From positions 1-33,302 of the forward strand of contig CAJVPI010000361.1 of the NCBI GenBank assembly GCA_910592345.1: a DNA stretch of 33,302 nt. Reading direction: 5' to 3'. Position 1 is the first letter of the stretch. The number at the start of each line of letters is the position of its first letter. Position numbers and translations under genes: made by a program. The stretch is from Paraglomus brasilianum. Taxonomy: Eukaryota. The notes under the pieces were generated by a model, which saw nothing but the letters and a program-made list of their open reading frames with translations, made no database searches and was not told the DNA's origin. Shown in pieces: positions 10,429 through 22,600 of this stretch.

Positions 10429-12094
10429 TTGAAAATCCACTATTTGCCGCAAAAACACATATCACAAAAGTAGACAAATTTTCACGTTATTCTGCTCCAC
10501 CAAAAATTCTATTTTTCTTTCCTCTTTGGTTCTGTCATACATCTTTTGAGCAAAGAGGAATTTTCAATTGCGGTTTTACAGGACTTTGATTTTCCTTGCT
10601 GACGATTCTATAAAATGGGAGATTATTACTTATTTACAAACATCGGATATCAACAATATTGACGCATCTTCCAACACTCCTTGCCGCATTTTCATGATAA
10701 TTATTATTTCAGTCAATTTTCTCGCCACTGATATTTGAAGCTCCTATCTTTTGTCTTCCTGATTAGAATTGCAGTACTCATCATTCTCTACATACTCAAC
10801 TGTATGTCGGTGTTTGTGTTAGAATCAGATGAATTCATTAATCGAAACAAATAAAAATGAATGCTTTATCATATTTATTGCAATGCCATTGGAGCTCTGC
10901 TATACCAATACATTGCACGGACGTGGTGCTGTATAATTTGTATAGTAGAAGCGCTCTTGTATCTTGCACCGAGAACTTCACTACTCCAGGAGTTAACTGC
11001 TACAACTATACAGACTAACAATAATATTTTGCTAGTAATCCCTGCATTTGTCTTGGCTTGTCTAATAAAAATACAGAAATTTATCAAGTCGCCCACGATT
11101 GTTTTGGGCGTTCGACATACTGCTCAATGTGATACTAATACTGATAACAATCTACACTTTTGAACTGTGTATGTAAAATAATTGTGACAGTGCGCTGCCA
11201 CGCTCCTACAATGTCTTGGGATTAAATGCTTTTTATTATATATGCTAATAACACCGATAATGTAAAATGCATCAACGATTATAAAAGAACAATTATCATA
11301 ACAAAGACTGTTGGACTTGCCTGATAAGTTATAAGTCCCAAGTTCTATTGTTCCAATACACTTACAGAAAGAGATTGAAATTTTGTACAAGTAAATGTGT
11401 GACCTTCTCCATTCTCAGACGTAACCTAGAAACGGCAACTCACTTAATTGCGCACGTGTTTTCTATTCAACAAAGTTAGAATATTTAAATACATAAAAGA
11501 ACAACAATTTTGGTTGTCAAGCAATATTCGTTATAATAAGACTTATGTGAATAATATCTTTACTTCAAAACAATAATACATGAATATAATAAAATAATCA
11601 TACTAATCAGTAACAAATGAATCTATTGGATTTTTTTTTTGCTTTGCAATACTATGCACTCTTCAACGCACGAATTTATCGTAATTTATTTCTATGTCAC
11701 CTTGTTGAATACCGTTTCAAGTGCGACTGCTGCATCTTTATTAAAGACGGTAAAGAGAGATTTCGAGCCACTTTCATCATTGCCTTCCTCTTCTGCGGGA
11801 AAGAAGGAAGAAACAATTTCCGTCACCATTTCCTTGCTTATGTTTGATGGAACAATGAGTATCATAAACATGATGACTGAATTAAAAAACAGTAGGTACG
11901 AAATACGGCTGAAGTCATACGATCAGAAATATTGGCACACGAATGTGACAGCTAAAATCATATTATTAAAAATACTGTAATATGCAGATATACCACGTAC
12001 GTGTCGTATGATGCGAAATGTATGACCAAAAATCGTATGATCCTCATCTGCTACAACCAATCACTATTCTACAATTTTTATCGCGTGATAAAAC

Positions 12095-12243
12095 TTCGGT
12101 ATAAAGCGATTAGTAGTCTATGTAAAAATCTTGCATCGAACTTCGGTAACGAGATTTTACTATTAAATTCGTTATAACGAGAGAATTTTACTATTTAAAA
12201 GACGGGGGAGCCAGAATTCCTTCAAAAATTCGGTTTGACTGTA
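12095..12243. mobile_element. Degenerate fragment related to the 495-676 MITE family
   Basis: Repeated TTCGGTATAAAGCG / TTCGGTAACGAG / TTCGTTATAACGAG and a right end CGGTTTGACTG-TA. No left TIR found. Confidence 0.5.
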
Positions 12244-13876
12244 GTTAATTGGGAAGTTGTCTGAAATTTGGGATAAAAGGTAAATAACGACATTTAAATA
12301 AGCCGTGTTATTGCTAAATAAAATGTTATTTCAGCAATCAGATTAACTCGTTGTTTATTAGACTAAGAATATATCTGAAATGCCAAGAGATAAAATCTCA
12401 AAGCCACAATACAACTGGACCTTATTATATTACAGTTTTATTTACTCTATATACTTACAAACATTTACACTAACCAACAACAATAAGCAAAATACTTTTC
12501 ATATGCCAGAATCATTTTAAAAAATGAACTGATCACAGGGCGTATTCAGGTTGGATAAGTCATATGACTAATTGTGACTGTAAAGGCTTAGATAGTGCAA
12601 TTAACTTGCAATCAGTAATAATGACTCTTTTACTTTTACGATAATTGCAATGTCATTCGAAACAAATATTGTCGATCACGAATAAAGTTAATACTAAGCC
12701 AAGTCAGTATTCAGTGAAAAAGCCCCCACCAAAATTGGGATACTCTATATCTGTTGATATTGTTAGTAACAGTAGGCGTCCCGTTATAGATATAGCGGCG
12801 AGAAGCATGTGCCTTGTTCGACGTAAATTAATTTGACGGCACACTTCAGCATGCCCGTATTAGTATATGCTGGACACATTAATTAATCAACAAGTCTCTG
12901 GCTCAAGATGTGAAGACCGTAATCGGAAGACGAAATCAACACGTTGTTCTATGGTTAAATTCTTAGAATTTGTCTGGAAGGTTGAGAACCTGATGATGCG
13001 TATGTTGCTAAAGCATGGAATTGGAAAAGGGGGTTTGGATATATTATATTATCTAGTAAAGTTGATGTCAGTCGCTAATTCTAGTTGGTAATCTGCCTAA
13101 TCTTGTAAACTGGGGACGTGAATAACAATACGATCCGATAAGAAAACTGCCATTTTGATCAACAAAGCTGCCGACACTAATCCTGATTTTCTTTGTCTGA
13201 ACTGTTGGAACGTCTATCTAGAAATTTGAAAAGAAGGACTGCATATCCAATACACCTGTAGAATTGGTGGTTGTGCATTACTGTTTAGTGAAATAGTAAC
13301 AATGAAACATGGATATCATTCGATAGGGGGTGGGGTGATCAAACATTGTGATACAATGTAAGGTCCCACTTCGTTAACAAAAGAAGAACTCACACCCGTG
13401 CTGTTTAATATGCTACCAAATTCGTCCATTTTAATAATTTTGAATTAATGCTAATAGAAGTCAATGTTATTATCGATCTTATAATACCTTCTTTAGTTGG
13501 CATTAGTCAAAGACACATGAACGCCGACCTGTAAATGGAAAGTCCAGGTTCAGTCTCCTGACGTTTTATGTGGCGGCGTTCTTTCATATTGTTGCAGCGT
13601 GCCTATTTGATTATTTAAACATGATAATTATTAATTACTAATATATGTACGAAGTACTATAAATAAATCAATTGTAATTCAAAAACATGTTCCATATGTT
13701 ATAATGTATCAGTGTTACACGCACTCATACCTGCATCGCATACTCTCAATCATTTGTTATTCGTGTTATACAGATGTCGCCGGAACATGGCTTGGAATAT
13801 TGCGCCCCACCGACCATTTAACATATAATGTATTTCGCACAACAAAACCCACTTCTCACTCAATACCAAAATAATC

Positions 13877-14872
13877 ATGAGGGTTAAATCAGAAGCACCC
13901 ATATCATCCGATAAAGAACAAACCGAATTGTCGAATGTATCGATATTCGCATCAGTCAAAGATAAATTGGACAAGTTGGAAATAGCATACCAAGAGACAA
14001 TGGAGTCTATCATGAATCAATCTATCCCGCCCGCTACAGAGCTACTAGTTGCAGCCGCTCAATCTATCCCACCCGCTACAGAGATATTAGCTGCAGCCGC
14101 TCAATCTATCCCGCCCGCTACAGAGATATTAGCTGCTGCTGCTCAAGTCATACCTGAACTTACAGTCTCTCCGGGAGAGAAGACTGACGCTGGAAGTGGA
14201 TTGTAAGTAATGTGTTGGTATACATAAGTACATATATTCATGTGGGTTGTTTATATGACGGTTCAACGGAATCATAATATTCTACAATTGCCCAAACAAC
14301 TTTTCAACTTTTACATTGATATTATATATTTACTAACCAAGTATCTTTTTCGTATCTAAAGTGTTGGTTACTTCAAAGACGTTATCGACCACAAGCTAAA
14401 ACCAAATCCCCGCCGTCGGTCACCTTCACAGGTCGTGTCTCCACCTCAAACAGATGTAATTTCAGTTTCGGTCTCTAAAACCACATTAACGCGTGACCGC
14501 AAGGGCAGTATTAAAGGACAACGGCATGTAACCGAAGATGAACTTGGCACTCCAGTGAACATATACTTGGAACACAGAGATCATTTGGAACAGGACAAGA
14601 AAGCAAGAGTTGATCTAGATACAAAGTTGATAAAGGAGGATTTATATGTTCCCAATGTTTCTCCTGATGCTGCTGCTGTTAGTCCGACCTTTGCTAAGAC
14701 TCCAGAGTCAAGTGGGCCTAGTACTCCAACTAATACGGACTGGGATTTCAGCATCTGGCTTGGAGATGGAATGAAAAAGGAGTGTTTCTATGACTGGTAT
14801 GGAATGGGAACACACGGAATAATGTACACTTCATTTGGAGCATCCCATGGACTGGGAATCGTCTCTCGATGA
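13877..14872 (+). CDS. Hypothetical two-exon low-complexity protein with 14-aa repeats (exons 13877-14202 and 14362-14872; 5' end uncertain)
   Basis: GTAAGT donor at 14203, TACTAAC branch point at 14331, AG at 14360-61. Splicing keeps the frame (GSG-F-VGYFKDVIDHKLKPNPRRRSPSQVVSPPQTD) into ORF 14435..14872. Confidence 0.65.
14018..14143 (+). repeat. Three 42-bp coding tandem repeats (QSIPPATE[L/I]L[V/A]AAA)
   Basis: Units start at 14018, 14060 and 14102 and are nearly identical. Confidence 0.95.
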
Positions 14873-16917
14873 GTGTGTCGAAAGCAGAGAAAAGCAACAA
14901 CCTTTTGGTACCAGCAACATATATTGTATATTTTGAGTCAGGAATCACACATTTTGGTTATATATCTGATTGTCTATATTGAATTTAGCCGCAATCAGCT
15001 TGAAAAAAAAAATTTGTAAATAAAAAGTCATATAGATTCGAATAAACAAGGACTGTAGTAAATATTCGAAATGTATATATTAATATGTGTGCTATATCGC
15101 ATGTGCAAGAATTGGTATCTTGACGATGCAACAGGCAAAAGTGAATCGAGCGATCAATCCGAATTCAAAAATGACACCACGGGCCATTGATTTTTACGTT
15201 AACCAAAGAAGGTTTAGTTTTAAGAGATCGGCGCGATCTGATTTTCACTCATCACAGTCTCCTATTGCTTGTGTTACATATAGCAGTGGAGTGTACTTAG
15301 ATACAAGATTACGGATTCACGCTAAAAAGCTGATAACTATAGGGTACGATAAAGAACTGCTGCCATTACATTTGTCACAGAGAGGGAAAAGCATATTATT
15401 CAAGCACTTGTTATTTATTAGATGGGAACTTATTATTATTCTGAAACGATAATAATAATTACGATTTCTTATTATTATTCCCAACCTTATTATTAATACG
15501 GGGGACTGTAACACAATTACGTTCACCCCCTGAAAAAATTTTTTTTCCCTCATTATCATGTTGCAGTGTGTGGCATCATTAACTCTGTCTGGTCTGGCTG
15601 GGATTCTACACGCAGAGGCAGAATATCGTTTGTCAAATCACCAACGAACTAACCGCAATTTAATATCTTTCAATTATCCAGACAGAGATGACGGCACTGT
15701 ATGATGTGGCTCTCTCAATATCCTCGCTTTTGGCCATGTTCACCTCCACCCTTGGGTGGTTGCAACCTCAGTCACCGTCTTGAGCCCGTAAAGCATCTGC
15801 AGCGCCAGTGGTTTTTGTTCTCAAGACCGCGCACGTCAATAGCTGCCACACGACCCTTGAAAGATCCCAGGCCGCAGGTCCCATACAAGGTGCTGAACGC
15901 TGGTACTTACGTTTAGCAAGCAGGTTAGTTCTACCCTACTGATGGCATGCACAACAGCAACAGCAGGAACAACGAATAAATAAGCAGTTATGTCGACGAA
16001 CCTCAAACCACAGAGGCAACACTAAACAACAACAGCATATCATCAACAACAACAAGGCAACAACAGGAGCAGGAAGGAGCAACAGCAGGACAATGGAAAC
16101 AACACCACGCGACACACACGTACGACATCATCCACAGCATCAACGAGAGTGACACAATTACAACGCGTCCCGATCCGAGTTATAGTAATAGGTCTGTATT
16201 ATTCTCTATATCCTTGATACATGCAAATCTGACTCTGCGTGTAGATGTCGAGTGTGCAGCCTGAATTGGACGCAAAGAAAATAAGCACTTTAGGCAGAAA
16301 TATCGCTAGGAATGGATCACATAAGTTACGTAGCGACACGAACGTAATGCGATTTTGGGACGACAACGGATGCTGCAATTGTCGCGGTTCTGGCTGGCAG
16401 TATAAAGATATGTTAGGATATCATGACCTTGAACGGGAAATACGTTTTGATTGACTGCTTGTAATTAATAAATTAATGTTTAACAACATAAAATCTCCGG
16501 TCAGTTTATGTGCTGATATTTTAGTGTAAAATTTTTGTGACGCGCACTGCAGGTCTATACTTTTGTATCTAAAACCGTCTACCGTAACCAAAAAAGCTGC
16601 TCGCTTCTCTTACAACTATTTTTGCACTACTTTAAAAGTAAAATGGAACTCCTAACGCTAGCTGATTAATGTAGCGTTATCGGGTTTTTGTACAGCACAT
16701 GGTTAACATAACATATTTTAGCGCATCTTGACGTAAAGCGAGTGGATAGTTCATGAGGACTGCATTTAAGACCAAACGCAAGAGTTCAGAGTTACCCGTA
16801 AACGGCAAACATCGGGTATTTTTATCCCCAAGTAATTTTATCTTTTATTAAATTAGCCCAGGGCTTAATTGTCCTATTTCCTATTCACCGCTAATTTTTC
16901 TTTACGCTTTTTCTAAA

Positions 16918-16946
16918 TGGCGCGCCCGGGAGGATTTGAACCCCGG
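16918..16946 (-). other. Isolated tRNA 3' half (T-arm, acceptor strand, encoded CCA), tRNA-Arg-like
   Basis: Minus strand CCGGGG-TTCAAAT-CCTCC-CGGGCGC-G-CCA. No 5' half (GCGCCCG) is seen upstream. Confidence 0.55.
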
Positions 16947-17689
16947 TTACGGATGATGCTTTCATAGTAATAGCAAAACAAAGCTTGCAAGCTGATTGGC
17001 GAAGATGCGAACTAACTTGAAGAACGCTTTCAAACCCAAGGACACATCGTAACAGCAGCAAGGAACAACGATCATGGGCACCATTCAATATGACTGTTCA
17101 TTATGTCACTTGACTAGAAATGGCTGTGTTTCCGCGTTAATTGAGGCTGAAGGGACATGATGATCTCATGTGGTTTTTATTTACCTCTATGCGACGAGCG
17201 ATTCTATTGCTTTCCACAACACGATAAGCCGCTTCTTATTTTACATAAAATATCTGTTGACTATTACTGCGCCGGGCTGTGAATATTGTGGCTTAAGCTT
17301 TCTTCGTGGCGTCAAAGTCACTGTGGCTTTTATTTTGTTGTAAACAACATTAATATTAATTTGGTTATATTACATTTTCGTCATTATGAGCTTCATCAGC
17401 CTCAGCGCAAAAACGGGATGAGCGTTTGTGCATTTGTTGAACATTACATTGAGCCTTAGTAAAATGCATAGGATTGTATTAACCAGCGTACGTTGTCACC
17501 CGAGTAGTATGAGATACCGACTCTGAAAAGTAAAAACGGTAAACACGAAAACTCTTATTGCCCTGTTTCATCATCAGGAAAACCCACCTCTCGCAATCGC
17601 CAGGTTTTGATCTACAATATATTCAACGAGCGTGAATCACGTGATCACACGAAATTCCGGTGATTCTTTGTATTTTTCAACAAATCCAC

Positions 17690-18330
17690 GAAAATGTTGG
17701 CATGTGTCACATAAATCAGTTCTTGGGACTCATGATTTGAATATAAGGCGTTAGTTGGTGCTATAATGTGCAAAATGCGTAATATTTTAATAATTTCACG
17801 TTTTCGAGACCTGCAATAAAATCACGGTAGACCGATTCGGCTGGCAAGAGTGTAAGCGATTGAGTAATTCGGTTGACATTTCTACCAGGACTTGGTAGTC
17901 CATGAATTTTTGGAGAAAATTCTTCACGGTTGTAACAATGGATACATCGATGGTTATTTTGGTTTTCCATCGTGGCATTCGTTTTATGTTACCATGGACG
18001 CGTGGTATTATACCATTTGTCGCCAAGTGTTTTCTAACGCTTTCGAAGTGCGTGCGACCAATTTCTAACATGTTTAAATACGTTCTCTGACAGAGGGACG
18101 TATTACGATCTCAATAATAAATAATAAAGGTTCTTTTATTAGTACGCGTTTTCTTTTTAGACGTCGGCTGACAGTTATTTCCCCGCCATTTATTGCTCCA
18201 TTAAAAATATGTCTTGCTCAGAGCTTGAAACGCTTCACGTAACTAGGCAAATTTTTCTTTCAGAATCTTTTTAAACAACCACAATTGCAACCTGTTTCCA
18301 GAAAATTCATGGTTTGATCATATTCGCTAG
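17690..18330 (-). mobile_element. Degenerate Sola-like DNA transposon fragment
   Basis: Frameshifted segments GCNCGCLK, PRVHGN, HGLPSPGR, LLPAESVYRDF and PYIQIMSP-RTDLCDTCQHF (PxxDxCxxC motif of Sola-type transposases). Family assignment is from motif recall. Confidence 0.55.
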
Positions 18331-18509
18331 AACCATCATTCTTCATATACATGTAATCCTACATTGATATATAATTTTTGTTACTTTTGGGAAACTCTGA
18401 TTACCACTAACCAGGAAGCAAAATCACACAGATGACAGATTTAATGATGACAGTTCAAAGAAGAAAGCCATTCTTTTTTTTTAATGAACAAAGACAATCA
18501 ATGAAGTGT

Positions 18510-19010
18510 CAGTTTTTTTGTTGTTTTTTTTTTTTTTAGTTTTTTTTTGGGGCACTTCAAAATCCATTAATGTAGTACATTCTCCACAGCTGAAACAAAC
18601 CTAGCTCCATAACTGACCTAATACTAAGTGAATGCAGTCAAGTTTATCTCTAAGATTTAGAGAGCAAACCTTGCAAGCAAGTGAGGATGCAAAAAAAATC
18701 CAGAAAGTTAGGAACCAAGACCGGATAAGCTGGCCTAGACTGAGCAGCAAACCTAGGAGCATTGGCCAAGTCCTGGAAAATGAGTCAATGACCTGGTGAG
18801 CAAGCCAAAATTGAGTGAATACATCAAACCTAAAAGGGAGTCCACAAGCACGAGGCCTGGGTAGCTACCAGAAGATTTCTGGATGCCATGCTTACATTGA
18901 AGGCATTGCAATGGTAGTCTTCTTAGATTTTGCTTGAGGCTTTTATCAAGATATTTTTCAAAGCTGGAGTCTTTTCTTTGCTCATGTGATGCTGAAAAAT
19001 GTGGTATATT
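18510..19010 (-). mobile_element. Possible 3' remnant of a non-LTR retroelement with poly(A) tail
   Basis: Interrupted poly-T at 18513-18548 (poly-A on the minus strand) abutting a CpG-depleted segment. No RT motif is recognisable. Confidence 0.35.
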
Positions 19011-19453
19011 ATATTGGGTATAGTAATTGTTACGGTCGGGAATTAAATGGGGGTTTGGGAGAGCGGTTTATCTTTTGCGTAGGTGTGTTCGCCGACCGGG
19101 AGATATTACCAGGTTTAGCGCCCTTACTATTACTACGATAGCTGTATAGTTAATTATGTGCGCGCTTTTCACTCCCTATCCGAGTTTCGAATACTCGTGA
19201 ATACAAATAAGGGTACCGCTAATAGAACAATTATTCTATTAAAGAATCGAAGGGGAATAATATTATTTAAAATAAACAGGGCCATCTTCGATTTGGTTGT
19301 CGACTAGTCGGTGTCTGTCACTTGTCTTTATTAAACTGATTAAACAATAATCGTCTTGATAATAGATTATAAACTCTCGTTCCGTTATTCACTTAATTGA
19401 TCTGCAGAGCTTAAGTGAGCCGTTTATTGGAGTGTCCGGTCTAATAATCAATA

Positions 19454-19611
19454 CAGTCAACCCTTTTTATAGTCACTCTCTCTATAAGCACACCATGTTT
19501 GAGAACCAATTACTATTGAACTTATAGGAAAAACCCACAACCACTTTATAAGCACATTTTCAACAAAAGTTGCCTTGTTCCCGACAGCATGACTATAGAG
19601 AGGGTTGACTG
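19454..19611. mobile_element. 158-bp MITE, pogo/Tigger type
   Basis: 22-bp TIRs CAGTCAACCCT(T/C)T(T/C)TATAGTCA, with TA at 19452-53 and 19612-13. Confidence 0.9.
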
Positions 19612-20189
19612 TATTTCGGCGATGAAAGAATAAATATGTATTTGAGAAAAATAAGGATTTCGGGAGTATACTACTAAGATCAGTAATATTCTTTCAGGAG
19701 CGCCTAACCCCATTTGGCCGAGCCAAATCTCCAGCCCCCCCCCCCCGACGCTTTGCTGAAACTAGCTAAATTCCTAGTGTCGATTATTACCTGCTCTCCC
19801 GTGATATTCGGCACGACATTATTATTTGAACCAGATTTCCCAAATTATTCCAATTCACTGCAATTTGCCCACCTTTGTTCCCAAGTGGCACTGCCATTGA
19901 AGTTGTAAAAACATACTGTGAAGACATTATGATGGCACCTGCAGTTGCAGAACATAATAAGATTTGCAAGTGTAAAATGACAAGACTCTGTAAGTAATGA
20001 TTACAGATAAATGTCAAGACAACCTGCAATACTAATACTAATACTAATTATTATCTTAGTTCTTGCAAAGTAATTTGAATGAAAATAAAATAATCGACAA
20101 AGGCCCTAATACTAATGGCACACTTATTTTGATTTTTGATGGCAATGAAGAGTCTTCTATTGAATTATAGTAAGCCAAGCTAAGGATGT

Positions 20190-21643
20190 GATTTTGTGAA
20201 AAGCTTCAATATTAATATTGATGATTGTGACATACAATGTTCAAAAGGCTGGGTTTACAAATTTAAAAAAAGAATTATTTATAAAATAACTCCATGGAGA
20301 GGCTGGGAATGCACAAGGTTAAATCTGCAAAAGGTGTTAACCAAGTATGATCTTGAGCATATTTATAATGTTGATGAGATGGAACCCAACCAAACACTAG
20401 GCGTTAGCAGCATACCAGGTACACAATGAACCTGGATATAACGAAGTGGTCCGTTCCAACCTTTTTCTTCGTTATATCCAGGTTTTCGTTATATCCGGGC
20501 AGGAAATTCTATTAGACAAGGTTTTGGGACACCGAAAAAACTTCGTTATAGTCGAAATTCGTTTTATCCAGGTTTCGTTATATCCAGGTTCACTGTGTAA
20601 TACTAATAAAGTTTAAACTTGAGTTGTAATGCTACTGAGACACACAAGCTCGAACCTCTCGTTATTGGACAATATCAATTTTTCGTGACCGTTGGTCTCA
20701 ATCAAAAAAAATCAATTTGTGGATAATGCGAGTTCGCATTTGGATCGTTCGCGGCTTAATAATTCCGACGAAACTGTTCAAAACAGAAATACAAGCAATC
20801 TCGCCGATACGATGATGAGGAATCAACTCTAATCCAGTTATCAAACAAAAGTGGCGCCGAAGATAAATTAACAGACGGTACATTATATTATCTACCGCCT
20901 AATACTACGGCACACCGGCAGCCATGGATGCGGGTATTATCCACAGTTTTAAAGCCAATTACGACAACTATTCTGTCGTCATTTGATCAAACAATTTGAT
21001 GAAGGAGTACTGACAGCAGGTAAAACTATTTTGTTGGCATCTAAGAGTTATATACTGTATGTATTACTTATTTTTTTTATTTCTTTTAGATCCAAAGTAA
21101 ATGTGAAAGAAGAATTAAATTTATTGCTGCATTGCATTGGTGTAAGACTAGAATCCTTTCATCACCAGTTCGTGAGATTATTGATGCAAGTCCGGACTTA
21201 AACAGTGAAAGATTTATTGAAAACCATCTCGATGTTCCTGTCCAACGGAGGAACCATTATCATTTGAACAAATTGTTGATTTAGTCAATGCAGAAGATAT
21301 AGAATATACAAGCGATGACTCTAGCGAAGAGGTATTACCAGTACAATTGAAGGAAGCTCAAATAGGTTTGGAGACTGCTATTAACTTTTTCGAGCAGCAA
21401 TCAGACGATGTAGGTCTTGATATCAAAGACTTCCGTGTTTTCCAAATTTACTAAATGTCAAAGAATTTCGAAAAACAACTGACACATACTTTGGAAGTTA
21501 GGTTAAGAAAATTTCGGTATTTATTTCGGTACTTGATTTTCTCATATAATTTTAATCACATGACCATACGCAAACCTTCTATACAGTCAATCACCAGTTT
21601 TGCGTGGTCCCGACAACAGTGTGACTGTAGGGGAGGTCGACTG
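20190..21643 (+). mobile_element. Degenerate pogo/Tigger (CENP-B/DDE_1) transposon with right TIR, interrupted by a MITE
   Basis: CSKGWVYKFKKR (CENP-B HTH), IYNVDE, NATETHKLEPLVIG, YLPPNTTAH-QPMDAGIIHSFKANY and an acidic tail. Right end GTGACTGTAGGGGAGGTCGACTG-TA at 21621-21645. Confidence 0.85.
20422..20597. mobile_element. 176-bp MITE nested in the Tigger relic
   Basis: TIRs CACA(A/G)TGAACCTGGATATAACGAA, TA at 20420-21 and 20598-99, and internal TTCGTTATATCC repeats. Confidence 0.9.
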
Positions 21644-21974
21644 TATTAGCCTTTCAATTTTTATGATACAATAACTGGATCCAGTAGAAAGTACAACTTT
21701 CACATTACGCATGCAATCATTAAAAAGTCTACTAGAACAAATCATTCAAAGAACTCACGCTATAATGGAGTTCATGGGTTGTGCCCAACTTTCCATTATA
21801 ACGAGCTATCGAAGGTCCTCGTCACGCGTTGATAATCGAATTAAACTCCACGAGATAGTCCGATCAATATAAAATTAATTAAACCGAAATCCTCAGCAAG
21901 ATTACTGGTCTTTCCAAAATACGCAAAGCGTCCAGAACAAAAATTTGCCATATGTAATAAAAGGTTGAAGGATT

Positions 21975-22600
21975 GAGCAGACCCTTCTTTTGGAGGCAAT
22001 TGAAAACGACATTACTAGTGGATAAGACGACAAGGAAATTTAACCGTTTCGACTTGAATGCGAGAATAAACTATACCAAAGCTTTATCCCTTGTAGACTT
22101 CGACTATTTTTGGTCGTGTGGATCAGAGACCATTTTTTTCGAGATGATGTGTTGGTAGGGAATAATGTAACCGCTTTTGGAGCGATAATCACGCCTCTTA
22201 CTTAAAAGGAAATGGTAAACGTCATGTACAGATTCTCACGCAAAAACCTTTGCGCAACGGAGCAATGGTTTGAGCAAAGAGTAAACTGGATGTGGCTGCA
22301 GGAGAAAGAATAATTACAGAGCGTAGACTTGTACAAGCACATAGTTTCGACATGTTAATTGTCTTTGAGAGAGAAAACCAGCCATGAATCAATATGTCAA
22401 ATGACCGACTTCTTATTGATGATACACCGTCCCGCATTTTATTCCGGCGCAGACAAAAATGGCCAAATTTATCGTGCATTAACAAGGACATAGCTTTTAA
22501 TATTATCAATGGTGGGTGGCATTGTACCTGATATTTCAGCCATTGCGTAATTAAACAAGTTGGTTTGCCAATGTCCGTTATCAACGACAAATCTTTGAGA
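21975..22600 (+). pseudogene. Probable glycosyltransferase family 17 (GnT-III-like) relic
   Basis: FNRFDLNARIN...VDFDYF..SETIF (cf. FNNELDLLEIRL...VDYFVIVES), DRLLIDDTPSR (cf. DxDEIPSR) and IINGGWHCT*YFS (cf. GGWHCSWCF) occur in the expected order, with stops. Confidence 0.5.

Noticed and set aside
13309..13362. MDII...IVIQCK resembling an Mrr-type nuclease motif
   Set aside because: Two in-frame stops and too short to distinguish from chance.
13495..13565. tRNA-like string (CTGTAAA...CCAGGTTCAGTCTCCTG)
   Set aside because: No convincing acceptor or D stems; at best a very decayed tRNA or SINE.
14018..14143. Regular repeats as a possible CRISPR array
   Set aside because: Contiguous in-frame 42-bp units with no spacers, in a eukaryotic context.
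15940..16150. CAA/CAG-rich stretch suggesting a poly-Gln gene
   Set aside because: No sustained ORF or recognisable domain; low-complexity sequence only.
19028..19210. TGTTACG-starting GC-richer segment as a solo LTR
   Set aside because: No second copy, matching terminal inverted end or TSD could be identified.
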